64,000 bases of DNA from Eledone cirrhosa (lineage: Eukaryota). The notes below the pieces were generated by a model. That model saw only the letters and a list, made by a program, of their open reading frames with translations, searched no databases and was not told the DNA's origin. Numbering within the stretch: the stretch's first letter is position 1; every line of letters starts with the position of its first letter. The position numbers and the translations under genes were made by a program. The stretch covers positions 86,676,001 through 86,740,000 of the forward strand of contig OZ024744.1 in assembly GCA_964016885.1 (NCBI GenBank), in the 5' to 3' direction. Positions 13,546 to 26,667 of the stretch are shown here, piece by piece.

Positions 13546-14865
13546 TAGCAGTTTAGCCCGGCGTTGCTCGGGTTTGTTCATTTGCTATGAAAAGTTACAT
13601 ACAGGTAAACGTGGCTTGAAAGCGAATAAGCTTATGAATTAAGTGCATAAAGCAGTTGAACCGGTTATTAAAAGTTACGAACCAATTAGCATTTTGGACC
13701 ATCAATGACGGGTTAATAATCTTCCAATAGCGAATTTAGCAGACCAAAGTTGCAAGATGGTGGTCTTGATGCCGCTGGGTGTCAGATCTGTCCGCCATAG
13801 GTGACCCTACCAGGAAATAGTTTTCCAGACGGCATAACTCCAACACCTCCAACACCTGCACCAACATCTATAGCACCTCTTTGTAGACGATATTGCGTGT
13901 CATCCCTTGAGGAGTGTAAGCAAAAAGCCCATACCTGCTCCCTACGCGGGAACAGACAACATAAAGTTGGCCATGGGAGAAGCATGGCTCCCCAAATGGA
14001 TGCCCGCCACCGACAATGTTTGCCCTTGTGACTTGTTAATGGACATGGCAAAAGATCGTCTCACCGGGAATTGGGATCGCCGGAAATCGAACGGGATATC
14101 TGACGCCGAAGTGAAAAGGTTCATTCTTGGCAGTGTATTCGGCAGAATTGCCAGAAGTACAACACTATGGGTGTTGTCATATTAATATTTAACCAATGAA
14201 AGTCGTAAAAAATAAATAATTTAAACATTCCAATACATATGTCTATAGCAATAATCTGTTATATGAAGTGTTATTTTGCGGGTTCTTATTTGCAATAAGC
14301 CGATTTAAAATACCTCAGAAAAGCCGTATGTCAATACGGAACTCCAATGACTCCCGGAGCAATTAAATTATGGAGAGGGGGGAATAATGTATTATAGAGA
14401 GAGGGAAGAGCGATGGAGAGAGTAAAGCTAAGAATCTTTAGGGAGGTATGTTAAACCTCAAAGCATGAAGAGAGTAAAGCAGTTAGATTATAGAGGGGGA
14501 ATGATCTATTATAGAGAGAAGGAAGAGCGATGGGGTTAGCGTTATGACTATGTTTGTTGTTGTATAAAATGATGTGTTGCTTAGTTTTCAATGTTTATGT
14601 CGCGTTCCTGAACGAAGTTATGTCGCTGTTGGGTAGTAGAGAGAGTGAATAAGCGGGTAAGAGAGAGGGTTACAGCATGTATTTAGTTTTATCGATTTTT
14701 TCATAGAAGCAGGACATTTTTGGCAAAGTTTATTACGCGTTGACCATCATTGGTAAATTTAGAGCACATTGAAAAAAAATCATCAAAATCGGTAGAGAAA
14801 TGTGAAAATCCTTAAAAACTATACACACACACAGACAGACCTCTTCCGTTTTATATATAGAGAGA
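13545..14865 (-). mobile_element. internally deleted Helitron carrying a PIF1-helicase C-terminal fragment
   Basis: Minus-strand 5' 'tctctctatatataaaacgg' and 3' 'cccgagcaacgccggg...ctag'. Shares 14130-14370 with the plus-strand Helitron (15108-15328). Confidence 0.8.
13900..14124 (-). pseudogene. Helitron PIF1 helicase C-terminal fragment
   Basis: DIPFDFRRSQFPVRRSFAMSINKSQGQTL matches the QFPVRxxFAMTINKSQGQTL PIF1 motif. Confidence 0.85.
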
Positions 14866-14867
14866 TA

Positions 14868-17800
14868 TCTATATATATATAAAGCTGAGGATGTGTGTGT
14901 TAAAGTTTGTAACGTATGCACGTCCACAATTTCCAACGGATTCTATTAAAATCGGGACAATTATTGCTTTTGGTCAGAAGGTCATGAAGCAAAAACATTT
15001 TAAAATCAATCAACAATAAGGGTAAAAATCTATCATGCTTTGAGGTTTAACACATCTCCCTATAGTGTCTTAGCTTTACTCCCTCCGTCACTCTTCCCCC
15101 TCTCTTTAATTTTACTGCTGCGGGAGTCATTGGCATTCCGAATTGACATTCGGCTTTTCTGGAGCATTTTAAATCTGCTTATTGCAAATAACACTTCATA
15201 TAACTTATTAATGCTATAGACATATGAATCGGAATGTTTAAATTATTTTTTACGACTTTAATTGGTTAAATATTAATATGCCAACACCCATAGTGTTGTA
15301 CTTCTGCTAATTCTGCTGAATACACTGATTAGGTGAGTGTGAGTTAATGTTTTTTTTTCTTTTCATATAAAGTCTAATATTTCCAGTGTTTTATTTCCAA
15401 CGGATTCTATTCAAAGTCGGGACAATTATTGCTTTTGGTCACAAGAAGGTAATGAAGCAAAAAACACTCGATCATGGTATTTAAAATTAGAATTCGAAAA
15501 GCTTATTCGATTTCAAGCCACGTTTACCTGTATGTTTTTTTATTTTACGTTGTTAAAAATATACCTGTCAATACTTTCTGTCAAGCATAACATTTCACTT
15601 TTAAGCTTAAAAATACGTTTGTTCAGTGATTTTTTACCCCCAAATATTCTGCTTTTCCGTCCAAATACTACCAGTTGGTAGATAATTAGTTATACCTACC
15701 CCCAATTTTGTTTGAATATTGCATCTTCATTTACTTTTTTTTCCTTGCCATTTCATCTACAATTCAATTGTGTTTACCATTTAGTTTCGAATTTCATAAG
15801 GTTTTTGTTTAACATTTTCAGATATAATGCCCCCCCACCAAGAGATCCTCACTTGGTCGTAAAACGGTGTCTGCAGCTAAACAGAAAAGAAGACGGTTGA
15901 ATGAGTAGCAGGAGGAAACTGAATTGCGATTGTCACAAAGTGCTTTACGTTCAGCAAATAGAAGAGCTGCTGAAACCGACGACCAGCGTAGTGAGCGTCT
16001 AGTCAGCAATACATCTTACTATACTTCGTCGCGTGCTAAGCTTAGGGATTTAGACCGTTCTATCCGTAATTCCCGGAATGCTTTGGCTACTGCCGCTGCT
16101 AGAGCTACCGAAAATGAACAGAAAAAAATCACTTCGTAATTCCCGTAATGCTGTGGCTACTGCCGCTGCTAGAGCCAACGAATCACACAACGATCGCAAT
16201 ATTAGACTAGAAAAGAACAATCAGCGTAAAAAAACTGCCCCGGGCATAAAAAGTCAAAACAATATTGGCTTTAAAAGCTTTTAATTATGATCCAACACTT
16301 AACCTCTCAATGTGGCCTGACATCCAGATTGGGAATATGAGTTTAACTTGCAAGTTCTGTAGTGCAAATAAGTGGGCTGGAGAACCACCTGGAATGTGCT
16401 GCTCCAATGGCAAGGTTAATTTACACCCCCTAGAGGACCCACCGCAGCCTTTGAAAGAACTTCTTACTGGTACAACTCCTAGGTCAAAAGATTTTCTTGA
16501 ACTCATCAGAAAATACAATTGTGCCTTTCAGATGACCTCTTTCGGGGCACGCGTTGTCCGAGAAGAAGGGTGGATCCCCATATTTAAAGTTCAGGGACAG
16601 ATATACCATCTAATTGGATCACTCCAGCCTCAAGAAACGGAAAAGTTCACGTTTCTCCAAATCTACTTTATAACTGACGACAATAGACAGGCTGACATGC
16701 GTATTTCTATTATTCCTAAGTCTAACGGCGAGAAAAGTAAATCTGTTGACAAAGACATACTACTCGGTCTTCAATGAATGCTTCATGAAAACAACAGCTA
16801 CGTCCAGAGCTTCAAATATGCCTTGGAATCAACACCTGTACCCAACTTCAACATCGTTATTGATGTTGACAAAAGGAGCATGCTATAATGCTATAACGCT
16901 GCTATAACGTCCCCGCATGCAATGAAGTAGCCGTTGTTCTCCATGGAGATCAGCATAAAAAAAGGGACATTGTCATTAAAAGTCGCGACGATACACTGCA
17001 GTGGATTTGTGAAACGTATCGGTCATACGACAGCCTACAATATCCACTGCTTTTTGTTTATGGGGAAGACGGATACCATTTCGGTATTCCTCAAAGCAAG
17101 TCAAACAATCCTGACGAGACGTTAAACAATCCTGACGAGACGTCAAATAAAAGCGTATCCTGTATAGATTTTAATTCCTACCGCTTCATGATCAGACAGA
17201 ATAGTTTTAATCATATTCATAGATCACGAGAGCTTTCCCATCAGTTTGCAGTTGATATGGCTGCAAAAATGGAGTCTGAAAGTTTATGCTTCATTCACAC
17301 GCACAGAAACAGTTGTGTTCTGAATGTTACATTCACCACCGTGATGGCATAAGGAATGATGCAAATCCCCGGAACCTTGGAAAGGTTTGTATCCTTCACT
17401 CTAGCTACGTTGGGGGGGGGGGGGCACCGATACATGCACGAAAGAACCCAGGATGCCATGACGTTTGTGCGCCATTATGGTCACCCAGATCTGTTCATTA
17501 TATTCACGTGTAATCCGAAATGGGTTGAGATAACCCGTGAACTTTTTCCTGGGCAAAATTATTCGAACAGACATGACCTCATTGCCAGAGTGTTCAGACT
17601 TAAACTGGCTAAACTCATGGCTTTAATAAAAAAGGGCCAGGTATTTGGGGCTGTAAAATGTGACATGTTCACCGTCGAATGGCAAAAACGAGGGCTGCCA
17701 CATGCTCACATTTTGATTTGGTTAGCTGATAAAATCAATTCAAATGCCATAGACAGCTTCATTTCGGCTGAAATCCCTAACTCAGCAACTGACCAGGAAT

Positions 17801-18188
17801 TACATGACATCGTCAAAGCTAACACGGTCCATGTGCGTCGGGTCCTAATGAGCATCACACGTGTCTGAAAGGGGGGTCGTGCAGTAAGGGATACCCCAAA
17901 AAATGTGTTGACGAGACTCAGACTGGTGGCTACGGGTACCCCCTGTACAGGCGGAGACAACCCGAGAACGGTGGCTTCACCACAACAGTAAAGGGATGTC
18001 AAGTCAGCAATAGATGGGTGGTCCCTTACTGCCCGCTTCTCTTGAAGATGTTCAACGCCCACATCAACGTTGAGTTTTGCAACTCCGTCAAGTCGATAAA
18101 ATACCTATGCAAATATGTAAATAACGGCTCTGATGCCGCAATGTTCGTATTTCAAGCTGAAAATAGCAGAGACGAGGTCACATAATAC
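14868..18188 (+). mobile_element. 3'-truncated Helitron derived from an autonomous element
   Basis: 5' 'a|tctatatatatataaagctgagg'; contains Rep coding remnants; no helicase or CTAG end seen. Confidence 0.85.
15827..18188 (+). pseudogene. Helitron Rep (HUH endonuclease), frameshifted
   Basis: CKFCSANKW..GMCCSNGKV, YNCAFQMTSFG, FKVQGQIYH, PDLFIIFTCNPKW, EWQKRGLPHAH, VVPY..LL..FNAHINVEFC..KYLCKY. Confidence 0.9.
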
Positions 18189-19054
18189 TGTAGTTTTTCC
18201 AAATTGAAGGATGAGTATTTAAACTTTATTTTATTTTGAGTTAAGACTCTATAGGTTTTTTTCCCTGGATTTCACAAAATCTGTGGATAAAATCTCTGTC
18301 TTGATTTTTTTTTAATTGAGTTTGAATTATTTTCCCATATCTTACGTTAATTATTTTCCCTTTTGACGTTGTAGTCACTTATATATTATGAAATACTGTT
18401 GGCTTCTTGCTCACATTAATTTCTATATTTTCATTTATATTTATACTCTGAATTTTTCCTAGAGTGCTTAAAATTATTTGTGACTAATCCCGGTCTTTAA
18501 AAAAAAAAAAAACCGCGACAATATTGCTATTTTACTGAATTCTTTACATTTTGTAGAGTTTTTTCGGTATGTTTTTGACTGCTGTTTCTTGTAAATAGAC
18601 ATTCGTCTCATTCTGACGTCACCAGCCATGTCTCTCCATGTGTCTTTATTTACATAATTCCGCACGAGGTGAACTAGCCTGCTTTTAAATTCCCTTTTTA
18701 GCATATTTTGGCAATGGGTCTTTTGGTTATCGCGTAGAGCTCTACTGAGGAACGACTTCTACCGTGACTAATACCACTGAAAAGTTTCGTGAGATAGTCT
18801 GTTTAAGACTATATAGAGCATTTGTAGTTTTTCAAAATTGAAGGATGAGTATTTAAACTTTATTTTAGTCTGAGTTAAGACTCCATTGGTTTTTTTCCCT
18901 GGATTTCACAAAATCTGTGGATAAAATCTCTGTCTTTTTAATTGAGTTTGAATTATTTTCCCATATCTTACGTTAATTATTTTCCATTTTGACGTTATAG
19001 TAACTTATATATTATTAAATACTGTTGGCTTCTTGCTCACATTAATTTCTATAT

Positions 19055-19060
<6 letters not shown>
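18189..19060. repeat. ~240-bp direct repeat pair (18189-18434 and 18823-19060) ending at (TA)n
   Basis: 'tgtagttttt..aaattgaaggatgagtatttaaac...cacattaatttctatattttcat' occurs twice. Confidence 0.85.
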
Positions 19061-19128
<68 letters not shown>

Positions 19129-19454
19129 TTATGGGTATTCTAAAACGTTCAAGGTCTTTCTGTGTCTGACTATTATATTTTTATTTAAATAAATGTTTTT
19201 AGTATATTCCAACGAGAGTGAATATAATCTTCCCTTTCACACAACCTCTAACTCATAGACAACTTTGCCCAAATGTCTAAACATCCTCTTCATTCTTTTA
19301 ATCATCTCTCTCTCCCCCACTCTCTCTCTCTCTATGTCTCTCTTTCTCTCTCTTCTTACAAAAACCCTTACTCCATATATTCATATTGGCTTCGATTTTG
19401 TTTTATTTTCGTCATTTTTTCCACAATTTCTGTATGTATACACAAAAGACCTCT

Positions 19455-19488
<34 letters not shown>

Positions 19489-19558
19489 CATAGGTATATA
19501 TACATATATATATATTTACATATATAAACACACACACATATATATATACTTATATATT

Positions 19559-19637
<79 letters not shown>

Positions 19638-19641
<4 letters not shown>

Positions 19642-19799
19642 ATAATAATAAATTTGAAGACTAAAATCCGAAGAGGGCTCGATAAGGATAAATATATATC
19701 AAATATATAAGAACCGTAGAGCAAATATTTCAGAAGATCACGTTAAGGGTGAAAGCAGCGATTCTTTGCTTAAACTTTAATCTGTTATTTTAATAAATA
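19638..19799. mobile_element. family B copy in (TA)n
   Basis: Same tail and 'cagaagatcacgttaagggtgaaagcagcg' arm as 5553-5760. Confidence 0.75.
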
Positions 19800-20207
19800 T
19801 ATATATATATAGAGAGAGAGAGAGATAGAGAGAGAGCGAGAGAGAGATAGAGAGAGATAAACGTCTTGGTTCGCTAACTTTTGATTATTTCATTATTTTA
19901 CTCAAATTAACTTACATTGTTATGTAGTTACAATGAATTTTCAAAGTGAATTGTAACTACATATCAAAGTAGTTGGATGCGAGTCAGTTTGATTGAAATA
20001 ATGAAACAATCAATCGTTACCCATCCAAGACTTATATGTAATGCATATGAATTTTTAATAATAATTTTGCAATTTTCTCTTCCCCCCACCTCTCTCTCTC
20101 TCTCCCTCTCTCTCTCTATATATATATACATATATATATATGTGTGGAAGGGGGTGTGTATGTCTGCTGTGTGTGTGTGGGAGTGTAAGTGTGTGTGTGT
20201 GTGTGAA

Positions 20208-20425
20208 GGCACGTGGCTGAGTGGTTAGAGAATTGGATTCACAATCGTAAGATTGTAAGTTCGATTCTCGGACCTGGTGATGTGTTATGTCTTTGGGCAA
20301 GACATTTTATTTCACGTTGCGCCTTCTACCTGGAGTTGCGACCGATATGTAGTATTAGCAATTAGAAAGACCAATGGAAACATTGTTTCCTCGATCCGAT
20401 TTGACGAAAGTCGATCGACCTTCGA
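20208..20425 (+). mobile_element. tRNA-derived SINE (family S2)
   Basis: A box 'tggctgagtgg', B box 'agttcgattct', 'ctttgggcaagaca'. Paralog at 40630-40878. Confidence 0.7.
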
Positions 20426-21063
20426 TATATATATATATATATATATATATAAATTCATAGGTGGAGAAAGCAAACAAGACCGACAAAAAGTTATCTAATT
20501 TATTTCGACATCCAAACTGCAAACTCGCTGTATAACAACTAGCTTGGATATTCAAATAATTCAGCATATCTTTTAATACTATCTCCTTTTTTCTCAGCTT
20601 ATTTGCAAGTGAAACATTTTTGACAACTAATTACCTGCAAACTTTTATTTATATTCTTTCATGCACCCCACCCACCCCTATTCGATCTTACTATGCTACA
20701 AGGCATTTCTGAAAATCTCTTTTAGTCATTTGTTTATATATTTACCGGAGGATGTAACGAACAGCCATAGCTTAGAATTCTGCAGTTTATGAAACCAATA
20801 GTTTCAGATGCATCATTATGTGTACGAGACAATATGTAAAAAAAAATATATATATATATATACATATAGTTATACTTGGGGAGGGTCATATTTGTGTAAT
20901 ATTGCCAGAATTAATAACAGAACACACTCACTGTTGGTTTTCGCTTTTCGCATCTGTGTCTTTTATATCGGTTAATTTAATTTATTCGGTCCTCAATGTT
21001 GCCATTGACTGACCAACGGTCAAAAATACAGATACAATATAGACACAAACACATATATATAGT

Positions 21064-21110
21064 TTATCAAAGTTCTTTCGTTGCACATCTGCAACATCGT
21101 CAGTGGTGCT
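21064..21110 (-). ncRNA. hammerhead ribozyme in the Penelope 3' pLTR
   Basis: Minus strand: acca-CTGACGA-t-GTTGCA-gatg-TGCAAC-GAAA-GAAC-TT-tgat. Perfect 6-bp stem II; stem I has one mismatch. Confidence 0.8.
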
Positions 21111-21339
21111 ATTGTTTCCTCCCGTTGCATTGTATTTTCTACGCCATCTTTATTTAGTCTGTTTATATATTTATTTATTTGTTTTTTTTTCTTTGCGCAT
21201 GCGTTTGCGTGTGTGTATAGTGTTTTGTTTGATGTGTGTTCGTGATTGGGTGACTGTGTATTAGTTAATGTATTCTATCTTTACTAGTGTGTGTTTATAT
21301 GTGTTTGTTGTTATTGTGCTTGTGTATGTATTTATTTAT

Positions 21340-23700
21340 TTATATATTTATTTATTTACACTTCTCTTAGGTCAGTGTTGTTTGTTTGGGTGTTGTTGTT
21401 ATTCCATTCATTTTTTCTGTTTTGCCTTCGCCTTCTAAGTTCTATTTCACTGGCCTCTCTGATTTGCCTATCTGCTGGGTCATTTCTATGTTTAGATATT
21501 ATTCTAATTTCTATGTTGTCTATGTTACCGTCGCGTTGTTGTCTGGCATATTCGTATAGTACTGAACCGTTTTTTCGTCCTTTTAGTTCCCTCCAGTGTT
21601 GGGCTCTCCTTTCACCTATGCTACGAGCTGACTCGCCTATGTATGTTGTTGTCATGTTTCTGCAAGTACCCTCTGTACATCTTATGCTATAGACTACTAG
21701 TTTTACAGTTTATCCGGGGGTTTACCTTACATATGATACATTTCCTATTAGTACAGTGGGTTTTCTTAAAAGAGTAGGTTTTGCTGATCAGGGATTTTAT
21801 GGTGGTTCCTGGCTTTTCTACCACCTTAATCTTTAAGTGGGACTTTTTAGGGGCTTTCTACAATGGTTAGATAATTTCCCTCCAGGAAAAGCGTCCACAA
21901 ACATGACACCCTGGTATCTCTGGTTATTCTACCATGAGGTGGTTTTCCCTATCTTATGTCTAGCCCTTTCTAAGCTATTCCATGATTTGCTCCTGTATAA
22001 TGGGCAAATTCCTTTCATGTCCAGTTCTATGAGGGTCTTATACTTCTCCGTGGCTCCTTCGTATACTCTGATTCTGTCTCTTTGGTTGTAGCCAGAGAAC
22101 TGCATGCGGTTGATGAAGTGTTGGATGTGTCTTTCCATTTCTGTTGGGTCGCACATGCGGTACACGTTCTTCATCACTCGTACCAAGTCTGCGATCAGAA
22201 TATTAAACTTAACACTACTGGACATTGCTGAGTTTTTGAGTATCAGGTATTTGGAGGCCATGGGTTTAGCGTAGTGTGAGTGGAGAATTTCGGCTCTCTC
22301 GTCTATAGTGTTAATCCAGAGTTCCGTGTCTAATACAGGTAGTCTATTGTTAGGGTGTTTGGAAGGGTAGTCGATAGTTACAGTTATACTCTGGTGTATG
22401 GAATTAGCTATCTGCTGGGTGCTTTCCATTGTGCTACGTTCTAAATCAAACTTGTTAGTGCTCTCCTATTGGGATGTTCTTATAACTATATTGATATCGT
22501 CTACGTAACGAGAGTACATGATGAGGTCTATGGAGCTTTCATTAAGGAAAGTCTCCTTTAATCTCTTTAAGTCTCCTTCCCCACCATACCATAAAAAGGT
22601 TGGCAATATCACCAGCTATGCTGACGCCAATGGCTGCTCCCTCATTTTGGGTGAAGATCTTCTCGTTGAACTTGAATATGTGGCCCTTTAGGGTAGTTTT
22701 GATACTAGCCCCTATTGCATGTGCGACCATTTTTCTTACCTGATCATTGTTTTGGGTGGTCCGTATAGCTTTGGTCCACCCAATCCACCTTCCCATGGGA
22801 GTCCTTCTAGCCATTGAGGTTATGGTGTGGGAGGGGGGTCTACCTCTTATGGGACTACTGGTGCAGAAGCGTCTAATGTCATGGCTGTCTAGGTTGTCAG
22901 TGTCGTAGGCAAGTCTAAGTAGGAGGCCCAGTTCGTCTGTGTCGACGTCGCAGAACTCCACCTCACTCTCAATGATCATCTCCACACATTTTTCCACAGC
23001 AAAATCAATGTTAATGGATAGGTAGAGTGATACCACATCCATACTGCCTATTATGCAGTTGGATAGGTTCCTGTTTTTGTTGTACTCACTGATTCTGCTG
23101 AGGAGGTCCTCTGTACTGTCACATACATCTGGGGACATCTTGATTATGGGGCGTATAACCATTGAGAGGAAGTAGGAGATCCTGTAGTTGCTAGTTATAT
23201 TTGTTCCGCATACGGGTTTTGTTGGTGGTCCTGTTGTCGGGTCATCGACTGTCTTGTGGTCTTTGCGGAGCCCATACAAGGGTGGTATGACATTGTTAGA
23301 CGCCTGGAAGTTGTTAGCAGTGCGTCTGCTTGGCTCTAGGATGTCGGTCCACATCATCATGTGAGCGTTGAAGATTTTCTCTCTCCCATCATGTATTTGT
23401 TGTGCAATTTCGCTCGTGTTGGTGATGTGGGGTTGCATAGCCTTGATGTAGTTCGGCATGCTGTCTATTAACATCCTACCAGACTTATCCGTGGGGAGAG
23501 ATACTACCTCACCATCCCTTGTGCGCTGCTTGAGACTAACCAAGCCTTCTACAGGTTTCCTCCCAAGTTGTTGGACCTCTGGTCTGCTCTGTCTCTTAGT
23601 ATACCGGTCTACTATTTGTCTAATCTTATTTCTAGCTATGGTGAACTGTGCCTCTGTTTCGTCATCTATTTGTTGTGGTATGCAAACTCTTTTATTAAAG
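21340..23700 (-). pseudogene. Penelope-like RT-GIY-YIG polyprotein, frameshifted
   Basis: PTDKSG, LYGLRKDHK, SMDVVSLY, QNEGAAIG, YSRYVDD (~22500), LPVLD, CTNRKCIIC linker, VVYSIRC...C...YIGESARS. Confidence 0.9.
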
Positions 23701-23839
23701 GGTAAACTCGTAGGATATAGATATTACCCATCTTATATGTTTTGTCAGCTGGGTTGAAGAATAGTTTCCCCAAGTATAACAAAATTTGTTTCGACACAGG
23801 ATTTCATATAAAAAACCTGGCAAAACTAATTCATCGCCG

Positions 23840-23900
<61 letters not shown>

Positions 23901-24158
23901 TGTAACTTTATCATTATATTTTATTATTGATGTTATTGTTTTGATTCTACGTTGTATCTCTATATATACTATTACCATATGGCAAATATCTAGTATTCTG
24001 ATGATTTCGATCAGATGTAAACATTGTATTTAAGGTCGAGTGACGCAACTTCGAATTATTTGCTGCCTTTAGACTCACCTGATCAATGAAAGAATTGTTA
24101 ATACTTGAAATAAAACCCCTTGTACAGCCGACCATGCTATTATTCAATCTTTCACTAC

Positions 24159-24257
<99 letters not shown>

Positions 24258-24438
24258 CGTGTGACTGCATCTCTGAAAATTACATCAATGGTAAGCTTTT
24301 CTGTTGAATTCTAATTCACGTGCATATTCATTTTACCAGGAGCAAGATGTTATGTTCATCGAAAAATTGGCCCGCTCCTCGTCGAAACCAATGGAAATCC
24401 ATTTCATCATGTTTTCTTTTTGTGTGTGCGTGCGTGTG

Positions 24439-24535
<97 letters not shown>

Positions 24536-25034
24536 GTGTGTGCGTGTGTTTGTGTGTGTATGTGTGTAAAGGAATTATTATCAGATATACATACATTGAT
24601 AGGTAAAATAAGATTGATAAGTTTGAGTAGTGCAAGCTACTGTTTTATATTAAGTATTTTTTGTTGTCTTTTTTTTCTACTCCTTTTTTTTCTGCTATGC
24701 GATTTTGTTTATACATATAGACTGGAATCTTGAAACATTCTTCGTCGATTTTTATGACATTAGAGGATAGAAGGTAAAGCAATTTGGATGAAATGGATGG
24801 ATTGGTAGATGGATTGGTAGATGCTTTCCTGTCTCGCTGTTGACTAGAAGCGCCGTTCTTTAGCAAAGCCACAAGGAATTACAACGGTCAGCACCTGGCA
24901 GCGACAGCTCAAGCGACGATCGTGGAATACGGCTCACAGAAATTCCACCCTTCTCTATATTTCTTCCTTTCTCACTCTCTATCTTTCTTTAACTCTATCT
25001 CTATCTCTTTCCCTATCTTTATCGTACACACACA

Positions 25035-25097
<63 letters not shown>

Positions 25098-25516
25098 CTC
25101 TCTCTCTCTCTCTCTCTCACTCGTAATCTTCCACCACTCGACCTTTATCGTCAAGTGGATTCTTTCTGAAATATCCTCCCTTGGTATGTTTATACACGTA
25201 TATAATAATACAGACACACTCACTCACACACACACACACAAACACACACAACACACACACACTCAAACAAACACATTCACACACAAACAAATAAACACTC
25301 AAATGCACGCACAGGCTCACAAACACACATGTACATGTGTGTATGTGTCGACATCTCATTTTGTGAATGCTTATGTAGATGATTATGCCTTACTGTTAAT
25401 CGTATGCAACTGCTTCACCGCAGGGAATTAATTCTTTGTCTGTCTACTTATCTATATATATCTCTCTCCCCCTCTCTCACTCTTTCTCTCTCTCTCTCTC
25501 TCTCCCCCCTCTCTCT

Positions 25517-25564
<48 letters not shown>

Positions 25565-25624
25565 AATAAAGATATATATGTGTGTGTGTGTGTCTGTCTA
25601 TCTATCGTTCGAAATATCTGTCTA

Positions 25625-25714
<90 letters not shown>

Positions 25715-25822
25715 GTATATATATATATATATACATGTATATATATATATATATATATGTATATACGTATATGTGTATATACATATATATATATATATTT
25801 ATGTATTTATGTATATATATAT

Positions 25823-25854
<32 letters not shown>

Positions 25855-25891
25855 ACGTATATGTGTATATACATATATATATTTATGTATT

Positions 25892-25961
<70 letters not shown>

Positions 25962-26054
25962 AACACGCATATATATATTTGTATATATAAATATATGCAT
26001 ATATATGTGTGCTTGTGTATGGGTGTAGAGAGAGAGAAAGAAAGAAATTGAGAG

Positions 26055-26091
<37 letters not shown>

Positions 26092-26148
26092 ATGGATAGA
26101 TAGATAGATAGATAGAGAAAGAGAAACAGAGAAAAAGAGAGAGGGGGT

Positions 26149-26183
<35 letters not shown>

Positions 26184-26570
26184 CGCGCGAGAGAGAGAGA
26201 GAGAGAGAGAGGTGGTAAAATTTCAGGTCTTAACCTTTCGTTTGTCCAAGAAATTTTCGAAACATTTATTTGTTATCCAGAATTTCAGATATGTTATGAA
26301 ACTCTGCCAATATTAACTCAAAAGACAGTTGAGCAGTGATTGACAGGTCACTATGTAAGACAGATTCAAGAAATAGTGTTAAATATATTGCCATAGCAGC
26401 CAACTAAAGGGCGGAATGACCGTAAAGAAAATCCGCAAAATTCATTGACATATTTCGAAAAGACGTTGAAGATTATATTAGAAATACAAACAGTGGTGAT
26501 GAATCAAGGCCATTGGTAGATAGAAGCTTCCTTGGTTTGATCAGAAGATTGGGTGAGATGAATATATATA

Positions 26571-26665
<95 letters not shown>

Positions 26666-26667
<2 letters not shown>

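Larger units (their letters stand above)
20868..23840 (-). mobile_element. Penelope-like retroelement (probably Naiad-like), 5'-truncated, with an inverted terminal pLTR piece, in (TA)n
   Basis: RT plus GIY-YIG, 3' hammerhead, and termini 'gttatacttgggga' (20868) and 'tccccaagtataac' (~23768). Confidence 0.9.

Noticed and set aside
21340-23700. Selenocysteine recoding in the Penelope ORF
   Set aside because: The breaks I could read are frameshifts or TAA/TAG stops; no supportable in-frame UGA or SECIS was seen.
23998-24025. Hammerhead at CTGATGAtttcgatcagatgtaaac
   Set aside because: GAAA is missing and the stems are unconvincing; at most a decayed copy.
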